Below, one piece after another: positions 44,495 through 52,264 of a DNA stretch of 64,000 bases (the stretch's first letter is position 1; each line of letters starts with the position of its first letter). The notes below the pieces were generated by a model. The model did no database searches and was not told the origin of the DNA. It saw only the letters and a program-made list of their open reading frames with translations. Location: sequence record NC_010583.1; one strand, 5' to 3'. This stretch comes from Escherichia phage Eps7. The translations under genes were made by a program, and so were the position numbers.

Positions 44495-45843
44495 AGGTTG
44501 TTATATCTAATAAAGCCTATTTCAAGCCCGATGATGAACTCTGGGATTACTGTAGTAAGCAAACCACTTATCACATCGAGACAATGACTAGTAAATACCC
44601 TATTATGTATAAGAATAGTGGTGTTGTTGCTAAAGAGATTAAGTGGATTCCTATTACGCGTCTGGATTTACTAGATGCTAAGGGAGTAAAGTACGAATTA
44701 GTTGATAAACGTACGTTAGCTCCGGTAGAAATACCAGAACCTCAGTTCAAACTGCGTGAAGAAGATCAGCTTCCTATATATGAAGAGTGTGATGATACTT
44801 GTATTATCAATGGTAAGCCTGGGTTTGGTAAAACTATCCTAGCTCTTGCTCTTGCATATAAGTTTGGCCAGAAAACTCTGGTAATCTGCACCAACACATC
44901 CATTCGTGAAATGTGGGCTGCAGAAGTTCGTAAATGGTTTGGGTTTGAACCTGGTATTATTGGCTCTGGGAAGTATAATATTGATCCACCAATCGTGGTC
45001 AGTAATATACAAACAGTGAATAAACATGCGAATAATCTTTCTAAAGTGTTCGGTACTGTTATAGTTGATGAAGTACACCACTGTGTGGCTACAACTTTCA
45101 CTAATTTCCTAGAGATCTCATGTGCTCACTATAAGATTGGTCTATCTGGTACGTTAAAGCGTAAGGATGGCCTGCAAGTTATGTTCAAAGACTTCTTCGG
45201 ATATAAGATCTTTAGTCCACCCGTTAATAATACTGTTCCACCTACAATCCATAGGTACTCCGTGCCTGTTGAGTTATCAGGTAACCAAAACGTACCCTGG
45301 GCATTACGTGCTAACGATGTGTATAATCATCCTGAATATCGAGAAACTATTATAAACCTAGCGCATTTATATGTGTCTATGGGACATAAGGTTCTCTTTG
45401 TAAGTGATAGGACGGAACTAATCCAAACAATACTAGAAGCTCTCGCACAACGTGGTGTTACAACCTATGAGATTATAGGTGCAACTCCTTTGGATGATCG
45501 ATTGAGAATCCAGAAAGATGTAGCGGAGGGCGGACCTTGTGTACTTGCAGCAGCTCAGAGTATCTTCTCAGAAGGTATTTCTCTTAACGAGCTGTCTTGT
45601 TTAATAATGGGAAGTCTCATTAATAATGAATCTCTCATAGAACAGTTAGCAGGCCGCGTTCAACGTATTGTTGACGGAAAGCTAGATCCGATTGTTGTAG
45701 ATTTAATTATGAAAGGAGGTACTGGTTTAAGACAGGCTTCTGGACGTATGGCCGTGTATCGCAATAATGCATGGAAAACTATTACTATGACTCCGGAGAA
45801 AGCAGTACAATTAGCTAAAATTGCATTTGGCAACTGCTCATAA
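44491..45843 (+). CDS. SF2 (DEAD/DEAH-box type) DNA helicase
   Basis: Walker A GKPGFGKT, Walker B VIVDEVHH, helicase C-terminal motifs. Confidence 0.75.
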   Translation: MKVVISNKAYFKPDDELWDYCSKQTTYHIETMTSKYPIMYKNSGVVAKEIKWIPITRLDLLDAKGVKYELVDKRTLAPVEIPEPQFKLREEDQLPIYEECDDTCIINGKPGFGKTILALALAYKFGQKTLVICTNTSIREMWAAEVRKWFGFEPGIIGSGKYNIDPPIVVSNIQTVNKHANNLSKVFGTVIVDEVHHCVATTFTNFLEISCAHYKIGLSGTLKRKDGLQVMFKDFFGYKIFSPPVNNTVPPTIHRYSVPVELSGNQNVPWALRANDVYNHPEYRETIINLAHLYVSMGHKVLFVSDRTELIQTILEALAQRGVTTYEIIGATPLDDRLRIQKDVAEGGPCVLAAAQSIFSEGISLNELSCLIMGSLINNESLIEQLAGRVQRIVDGKLDPIVVDLIMKGGTGLRQASGRMAVYRNNAWKTITMTPEKAVQLAKIAFGNCS

Positions 45844-45856
45844 TTATTGTATAATA
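45827..45856 (+). promoter_or_regulatory. promoter (TTGGCA, 17 nt, TATAAT) with leader but no obvious ORF
   Basis: Conserved leader ACACATAAATTTGAGAGAGAAAG followed by hairpin gtttcgga...tccgaag and a second promoter. Confidence 0.45.
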
Positions 45857-45927
45857 TACACATAAATTTGAGAGAGAAAGTTTCGGATTGATAAGAAAGT
45901 CCGAAGCAGAAAAAATAAAAATTGTAC

Positions 45928-45957
45928 TTGTCAAATCCTCCCGATTTAATGTATAAT
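45928..45957 (+). promoter_or_regulatory. T5-type promoter (TTGTCA, 18 nt, TATAAT)
   Basis: Leader ATACATAAATTGATGAGAGACAAAA then ATG 45985. Confidence 0.5.
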
Positions 45958-45984
45958 ATATACATAAATTGATGAGAGACAAAA

Positions 45985-46347
45985 ATGAAATTCTTTGATT
46001 ACGAGAGAATTTACCTCTTAGCTAGAGGAAACTCCGACCTGATTGTCAAGCTATTTAATAGAATGCTTGCAGAGCCTGATGCTCACCAGTTACTGGTCGG
46101 TTCTTCATTCATCTTGAATGAATCAACTATTGTTGATAACCCTTACAAATTGTCTAATAGACAACTGGCAGAATATCTAGGAATTCTAAGTCTACGAAAT
46201 TATGCCGAATATAAGTTTACAAACGATCCGAGTTTGGACATGCAATATGTTCCCATATGGATACCACGTTCTGTAATCGACACTAACCCACTAATTGCAA
46301 TCAATAAATCGAAGATAATCTTTAAAGAGGAAATAAAATATGGCTAA
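45985..46347 (+). CDS. hypothetical protein (120 aa)
   Basis: ORF. Confidence 0.5.
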   Translation: MKFFDYERIYLLARGNSDLIVKLFNRMLAEPDAHQLLVGSSFILNESTIVDNPYKLSNRQLAEYLGILSLRNYAEYKFTNDPSLDMQYVPIWIPRSVIDTNPLIAINKSKIIFKEEIKYG

Positions 46348-47113
46348 GTCTTGGGGCGAAACTACTGGCGGTTCTAACGATAAAATCGACTTCCTGAAAT
46401 TCAACAACGGTGTAACTCGTGTTCGTATCGTTTCTGGTGTTCTTCCACGTTATGTCTACTGGCTGACTAACAAAGATGGTAATGCAGCTCCGTTTGAGTG
46501 CCTGCGTTTCAACCGTACTAAAGAGAGCTTCGTTCGCGGTAAAGCTGACCCGATTCACGAAATGGGCTTCTTCGAGAAAGAGCTGGACAAAGATGGTAAT
46601 CGTGTTCCGCTGAAACCGAAGAAAAACTACATCGCTTTCGTTATCGACCGTTCTGATAACAAACTGAAAGTTATGGAAGTTAAAGCTACTATCCTGAAAG
46701 GCATCCAGTCTATCATGAAGCAGCTTGAATTGGCAGATCCATTCGATATCGATATTTCTATCGAGAAGAAAGGTAAAGGCTTCGATACTGAGTACGATGT
46801 ACAGCAGATCGCAGCAATGCAGTTCCAGATGAAACTGAAAGATCCTACCAGTGCTGAATCAAAACTGCACGCCGCAGATACTGATATTCTCGGTGAAGCA
46901 CTGAGTGATGAAAATGGCGATTTCCTGAAGTTCGAAAAAGTTCCTTCTCTGGAAGAAACCTATCCGGTTCCGTCCTACGAAGAGCAGAAAGAAGCTATTC
47001 TCGCCTTCATGGAAGGTCGTGAGAAGCAAGACGGCGGTGACGCTAAGTCTGGTGGTGATGCTGGTTCTCAGAAAGGCATCGACGCTGAAGCTGCTAGCGA
47101 TCTGGACGACTAA
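46340..47113 (+). CDS. hypothetical abundant protein with acidic C-terminal tail (possible ssDNA-binding protein)
   Basis: 257 aa, highly optimised codon usage, Gly/Asp-rich C-terminus ending DLDD, in replication cluster. Confidence 0.4.
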   Translation: MAKSWGETTGGSNDKIDFLKFNNGVTRVRIVSGVLPRYVYWLTNKDGNAAPFECLRFNRTKESFVRGKADPIHEMGFFEKELDKDGNRVPLKPKKNYIAFVIDRSDNKLKVMEVKATILKGIQSIMKQLELADPFDIDISIEKKGKGFDTEYDVQQIAAMQFQMKLKDPTSAESKLHAADTDILGEALSDENGDFLKFEKVPSLEETYPVPSYEEQKEAILAFMEGREKQDGGDAKSGGDAGSQKGIDAEAASDLDD

Positions 47114-47120
47114 TAAACCA

Positions 47121-47146
47121 AGGGGAGCTACGGCTCCCTTTCTTTT
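47121..47146 (+). terminator. intrinsic terminator
   Basis: gggagc-tacg-gctccc then TTTCTTTTT. Confidence 0.55.
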
Positions 47147-47152
47147 TAACTT

Positions 47153-48130
47153 ATGAGAATACTATTTAGTGCTGATCATCATATCAAACTAGGACAAGAT
47201 AAAGTTCCAAAGGAATGGCAGAAGCGTCGCTTCCTGATGCTAGGAGAACGGTTAAATGACATATTCCATAATCATAACTGTGATCTGCATATTGCTGGTG
47301 GTGATATTCTTGATGTTGCCGACCCATCGTCGGAAGAAATAGAACTTCTTGAGCAGTTCATGTCAAGACTTGATCATCCAGGCAAGATCTTCACTGGGAA
47401 CCATGAAATGTTAACTAAAACTATTTCATGCCTGTATCATTATGCAGGGGTTATTAACAAAGTAACAAACGGAAATTGGGAAGTCATTACTAAACCATAT
47501 CGTTCTCCTGAATTTGATATTATCCCTTACGATGAAATTCACAAACCAAAGTGGAAACCCTCTGAATCAAAATTATGTTTCACGCATGTTCGTGGTGAAA
47601 TCCCTCCACATGTAAAACCAGAGATTGATCTAACGAGGTATAACTGTTACGACACTGTAATTGCTGGCGATTTACATTCTTATACTAATAGTCAAACTGT
47701 TGGTTCTACTAGACTTCTTTATCCAGGATCTCCATTAACTACATCGTTCCATAGAGAACGCACAAAAGGTACAAATGGTTGTTTTATCATTGATACCGAC
47801 ACATTAAAAGTAGAATGGATTGAACTTGGTGACTTACCACAACTGATTCGTAAAACAATCGGAGTCGGTGAGGAAATGGAGCCTAGTGACTATGACCGTG
47901 TAATTTATGAAGTCACTGGTGACGTCGTTCAGTTAAAGTCTATTAAAGATTCCGATCTCCTAGATAAAAAGATTAACCATCGAGTTACTAAAGATGCTAA
48001 GTTAAATCTTGTCGATCTTGATATGTTAGGCGAGCTTGAGCTTTACTTCCGTGAAGTTGAAAAGCTGTCTCAAGGCGACATTGATAGAATCTTAGCTAGA
48101 GCTGCTAAATATGTCAAAGATTACAATTAA
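47153..48130 (+). CDS. SbcD/Mre11-like nuclease (calcineurin-like phosphoesterase)
   Basis: Motifs SADHH, GGDILD, FTGNHE; followed by Rad50/SbcC-like partner. Confidence 0.75.
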   Translation: MRILFSADHHIKLGQDKVPKEWQKRRFLMLGERLNDIFHNHNCDLHIAGGDILDVADPSSEEIELLEQFMSRLDHPGKIFTGNHEMLTKTISCLYHYAGVINKVTNGNWEVITKPYRSPEFDIIPYDEIHKPKWKPSESKLCFTHVRGEIPPHVKPEIDLTRYNCYDTVIAGDLHSYTNSQTVGSTRLLYPGSPLTTSFHRERTKGTNGCFIIDTDTLKVEWIELGDLPQLIRKTIGVGEEMEPSDYDRVIYEVTGDVVQLKSIKDSDLLDKKINHRVTKDAKLNLVDLDMLGELELYFREVEKLSQGDIDRILARAAKYVKDYN

Positions 48131-49949
48131 GACACTAAAATTCAGCAACGTTATGTCTTACGGTAAGGATATCGTAATTCATTTCGATAAGAATCCAGTT
48201 ACTCAGTTAATTGGAGGAAATGGTCTAGGGAAGTCCACTATTGCTACTGTTATTGAGGAATTGTTTTATAACAAGAACTCACGTGGTATCAAGAAGGACG
48301 CCCTATTCTCTTGGGGTTCTCCGAAGAAAGAGTATGATATGCACGCTTACTTCTCGAAAGATGAAGATGAGTATGAATTGCATAAAGTAGTTAAATCAAC
48401 TGCTAAGGTTACGCTGATTAAGAACGGGGAAGATATCAGTGGGCACACAGCAACTCAAACGTACAAGATGATTGAAGAGATTATGGGTGGTGACTTCCAA
48501 ACATTCACTAAACTGATCTATCAATCTGTTGGTTCCAATCTAGACTTCCTCAAAGCAACTGATGCAACACGTAAAGCTTTTCTTGTTAATCTGTTCAATC
48601 AGGAACAGTATAAAGAGATGTCAGAAACTATTAAGGCTGATCGTAAAGAAGTGGCAAGTACGTTAAGTAACTTGCAAGGCCAGATGGCCGTAATTACGAA
48701 GATCCTCAATGGAAAAGGTAATCTCGGAAGTTTACAAGAACCAGTTGAAGTTCCAGAGTTTGATGAAGAACCGTTAGCACAAGAACTTACTGAATCGAAA
48801 ATTAAGGCGGCATTAGCCAAGTCACAAGAGGCTAATATTACTAAACTCCGTAATTTGGACAAAGCTGTACAAGTTGCCGAACAATCTTTCGAGCCTTTCA
48901 AAAATTTCCCTGCGCCCACTGACCAATCTGAAGAGATCTCAAGTGTTACGCGTGACCTAACGATCGTTACCTCACGTGCGGGAGAAGTCAAGAAACGTTA
49001 TCAGAAGTTCAAGCAAGAGGCTTCAAATACTGAATGTCCTACTTGTGGCACTCACCTTGATACAACTGCTGCTCAAAAAGCCATGGATATGGCTAGAACA
49101 GAATATGATCCTCTGTTTAAAGAGAAACAATCTCTTGAAGCTACATTGGAGCAGTTGAAGAAAGAACAAGTCGAGTACACTGCGTATACTAGAGCTAAGG
49201 ATGCTTTGGATAAGGCAGTAGCAGCTAGAGACGAATTCAAAAATTCAATGAGTGATTCTTCTTTTGAAGAACTCAATGTGCAAATCCTACAGGTGCAAAT
49301 CCGACAATTAGAACAGGAAATCGCAGATGGACGTTCTAAAGTTGCAATTGCCAAAGAACATAATGCAAATGTCGAATTAGCCAATGCAAAGTATAAAGCG
49401 AAACTAGAACAGATTGAGAAAGCTGAGGCAGAAATGTCTGAGATAACGTCCAAACTGGAAGGAGTATCAGAAGCTGTTGCTGATCTTGATATTCTGATCG
49501 CTGCATTGAAAAATCTGGTAGGATATAAACTAGAGCATAGTGTGAAAGTATTTGAGGAATTAATTAATAAATATCTTTCTATTATGACTGGTGGTAAGTT
49601 CGCACTTGGATTTGAACTTGATGAAACTAAATTACAAGTAGTAATCTTCAATGATGGAAATCGTACTAGTATGGAGAACTGCTCCACTGGTCAGCAAAGT
49701 AGAATTAATTTAGCAACTCTGTTAGCTATTCGAATGCTGTTAACATCTATCAGCAAAGTTAATATTAATCTTCTGTTCCTTGACGAAGTTATTAGCTTTA
49801 TTGATACGAAAGGACTTGATACTCTCGTTGAATTATTAAATGAGGAAGATAGTCTAAACTCTATCATTGTTTCTCATGGGCATACGCATCCATTAGCCCA
49901 TAAGATTACTGTCAAAAAAGATGCAGAAGGATTTTCCTACTTAGAATAA
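48111..49949 (+). CDS. SbcC/Rad50-like ATPase
   Basis: Walker A GGNGLGKST, central coiled coil with zinc hook CPTCG, signature STGQQSR, Walker B LLFLDEV. Confidence 0.75.
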   Translation: MSKITIKTLKFSNVMSYGKDIVIHFDKNPVTQLIGGNGLGKSTIATVIEELFYNKNSRGIKKDALFSWGSPKKEYDMHAYFSKDEDEYELHKVVKSTAKVTLIKNGEDISGHTATQTYKMIEEIMGGDFQTFTKLIYQSVGSNLDFLKATDATRKAFLVNLFNQEQYKEMSETIKADRKEVASTLSNLQGQMAVITKILNGKGNLGSLQEPVEVPEFDEEPLAQELTESKIKAALAKSQEANITKLRNLDKAVQVAEQSFEPFKNFPAPTDQSEEISSVTRDLTIVTSRAGEVKKRYQKFKQEASNTECPTCGTHLDTTAAQKAMDMARTEYDPLFKEKQSLEATLEQLKKEQVEYTAYTRAKDALDKAVAARDEFKNSMSDSSFEELNVQILQVQIRQLEQEIADGRSKVAIAKEHNANVELANAKYKAKLEQIEKAEAEMSEITSKLEGVSEAVADLDILIAALKNLVGYKLEHSVKVFEELINKYLSIMTGGKFALGFELDETKLQVVIFNDGNRTSMENCSTGQQSRINLATLLAIRMLLTSISKVNINLLFLDEVISFIDTKGLDTLVELLNEEDSLNSIIVSHGHTHPLAHKITVKKDAEGFSYLE

Positions 49950-49952
49950 AAC

Positions 49953-50435
49953 ATGGCCGTAGATAGTAGAGAGAAAGGTAAACGTGGTGAATATCAGGTA
50001 AGAGATATACTGCGTGAACGTACAGGTCTTGAGTGGGAACGTGTTCCAGGCTCTGGTGCTTTTGGCCAGAGCCATGGACTGAAGGGTGACATCTACCTCC
50101 CACCACAAAGCGGACACATTAGTAAATACTGCTTCGAAGTTAAGTGGTATAAAGATGATAACATATCAAGTAATTTATTTAACGTTGGTGAATCCACTCT
50201 AGAGAAGTGGTGGCAGCAGTGTTCCCGTGAAGGTGAACAGATGAACTCCAAACCAGCCTTAATATTCAAGAAAGACAGAGGACAGTGGTTAATTGCTTTG
50301 GATAGCTCAGACCCGATGGTTGACAACTTAATGAGTCGTACCCATATGGTGTTAAATAAGAAAGACATGGAAATCGTAATAGGGTTATTCGAACCGTGGT
50401 TACATCACGCATCTGTTGAGGACTTAATTAAATAA
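49953..50435 (+). CDS. hypothetical protein (160 aa)
   Basis: ORF between SbcC-like and flap endonuclease genes. Confidence 0.5.
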   Translation: MAVDSREKGKRGEYQVRDILRERTGLEWERVPGSGAFGQSHGLKGDIYLPPQSGHISKYCFEVKWYKDDNISSNLFNVGESTLEKWWQQCSREGEQMNSKPALIFKKDRGQWLIALDSSDPMVDNLMSRTHMVLNKKDMEIVIGLFEPWLHHASVEDLIK

Positions 50436-51310
50436 TGAGTAAATCCTGGGGAAAATTTATTGAAGAGGAAGAAGCTGAGCTGGCTTCTCGTCGCAACCTA
50501 ATGATTGTTGACGGAACTAACTTAGGCTTCCGCTTTAAGCATAATAACAGTAAGAAACCTTTTGCTTCTAGTTATGTATCAACGATTCAATCTTTAGCGA
50601 AATCTTACTCTGCTAGAACTACGATCGTCCTTGGTGATAAAGGGAAGTCTGTGTTCCGTCTTGAACATCTTCCTGATTATAAAGGCAATCGTGATGAAAA
50701 GTATGCACAACGTACAGAAGAAGAGAAAGCTCTAGATGAGCAGTTCTTTGAGTATCTTCGTGACGCTTTCGAGTTGTGTGAAACTACATTTCCAACCTTC
50801 ACTATTCGCGGTGTAGAAGCAGATGATATGGCAGCTTATATTGTTAAGCTCATTGGTCACTTATATGATCACGTTTGGCTGATCTCTACTGATGGTGACT
50901 GGGATACTTTATTAACTGATCGAGTTTCTCGCTTCTCCTTTACCACACGTCGTGAATACCATCTTCGTGATATGTATGAACACCATAACGTTGATGATGT
51001 TGACCAGTTTATCTCTCTGAAAGCAATCATGGGAGATCTTGGTGATAACATTCGTGGTGTTGAGGGCATTGGTGCAAAACGTGGTTATAATATTATACGT
51101 GAATTTGGTAATGTTCTGGATATTATTGATCAACTCCCGTTGCCTGGGAAACAGAAATATATACAGAATCTGAACGCATCGGAGGAGTTGCTTTTCCGAA
51201 ACTTGATTCTGGTTGATTTACCGACCTATTGTGTAGATGCTATTGCTGCTGTAGGTCAAGACGTATTAGATAAGTTTACGAAAGATATTTTGGAGATCGC
51301 AGGACAATGA
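50435..51310 (+). CDS. 5'-3' exonuclease / flap endonuclease (T5 D15-type FEN, 291 aa)
   Basis: N-terminus MSKSWGKFIEEEEAE...LMIVDGTNLGFRF and conserved acidic residues (VEADDMAAY, ISTDGDWD); length and sequence as recalled for T5 exonuclease. Confidence 0.85.
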   Translation: MSKSWGKFIEEEEAELASRRNLMIVDGTNLGFRFKHNNSKKPFASSYVSTIQSLAKSYSARTTIVLGDKGKSVFRLEHLPDYKGNRDEKYAQRTEEEKALDEQFFEYLRDAFELCETTFPTFTIRGVEADDMAAYIVKLIGHLYDHVWLISTDGDWDTLLTDRVSRFSFTTRREYHLRDMYEHHNVDDVDQFISLKAIMGDLGDNIRGVEGIGAKRGYNIIREFGNVLDIIDQLPLPGKQKYIQNLNASEELLFRNLILVDLPTYCVDAIAAVGQDVLDKFTKDILEIAGQ

Positions 51311-51753
51311 TTAAAATTAAACTAACTCATCCAGATTGCATGCCGAAGATTGGTTCTGATGATGCCGCAGGTATGGATCTGCGTGCATTCTTCGGTACTA
51401 ACCTTGCAGCAGATTTACGTGCTATTGCACCAGGCAAATCCCTTATGATTGACACCGGTGTCGCGGTGGAAATTCCGCGAGGTTGGTTTGGTTTGGTAGT
51501 TCCTCGCAGCTCTTTAGGTAAGCGTAAACTGATGATCGCAAACACCGCAGGAGTGATCGACTCAGACTACCGTGGTACTATTAAGATGAACCTTTATAAC
51601 TACGGTTCTGAAATGCAAACTCTGGAGAATTTCGAGAGACTTTGTCAGCTAGTGGTACTACCACACTATTCAACCCATCATTTTGAAATCGTTGACGAAC
51701 TAGAGGAGACTGATCGTGGAGAAGGCGGCTTTGGAAGCTCAGGAAGTAAATAA
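51307..51753 (+). CDS. dut: dUTP diphosphatase (dUTPase)
   Basis: Motifs AAGMDLRA, RSSLG, GVIDSDYRG, C-terminal GGFGSSG. Confidence 0.8.
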   Translation: MIKIKLTHPDCMPKIGSDDAAGMDLRAFFGTNLAADLRAIAPGKSLMIDTGVAVEIPRGWFGLVVPRSSLGKRKLMIANTAGVIDSDYRGTIKMNLYNYGSEMQTLENFERLCQLVVLPHYSTHHFEIVDELEETDRGEGGFGSSGSK

Positions 51754-51982
51754 TTTTGCTGATCCTAATATGGTAGGGGTAGATGTAGACCAACCTAATT
51801 TTTGCAAGATTGATATTAAATACGTTGAACCTGAGAAAATAGTATTGAGGGTTGATGTATCTGGTGTAGTAGAACAGTGGGATGAAGAAGGATTTATCGC
51901 ACTTTGCACTGAATCTCAAGATCATATGCTTAAAGCCATGCTAGCAGTATATAACTTAGGTAGTATTGCAGGTAGTAGATAA
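51716..51982 (+). CDS. hypothetical protein (start uncertain)
   Basis: ORF overlapping dut 3' end; alternative ATG at 51769. Confidence 0.35.
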   Translation: MEKAALEAQEVNNFADPNMVGVDVDQPNFCKIDIKYVEPEKIVLRVDVSGVVEQWDEEGFIALCTESQDHMLKAMLAVYNLGSIAGSR

Positions 51983-51987
51983 TAATA

Positions 51988-52018
51988 AACCCCAGTGGAC
52001 AATCCACTGGGGTTTTCT
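51988..52018 (+). terminator. intrinsic terminator ending the plus-strand replication cluster
   Basis: aaccccagtgga-caa-tccactggggtt then TTTCTCTTATTT. Confidence 0.6.
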
Positions 52019-52100
52019 CTTATTTAGTAAGGAGTTGTTTTACTAATTCCTTTATTTTATTAATCTTTTTTTTTTTGAAAGGGTGCAAAACGAACCTCTT

Positions 52101-52128
52101 GCATTTTGCATTTTGCATTTTGCGTTTT
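52101..52128. repeat. tandem heptamer repeat (GCATTTT) x4 in convergent intergenic region
   Basis: gcattttgcattttgcattttgcgtttt; preceded by a T11 run at 52066-52076. Confidence 0.6.
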
Positions 52129-52264
52129 CATATTGTACATAAGAACAGCCTAAGAATCAGCGAACTGTTAACATAGCAGAACACGCGTTGCGTTGCTAGG
52201 ATAATCAATGTTCAGGCTTGTTTCGCAGCAATATTTTTCAGTGACAGATTGCACTCCACTTATA

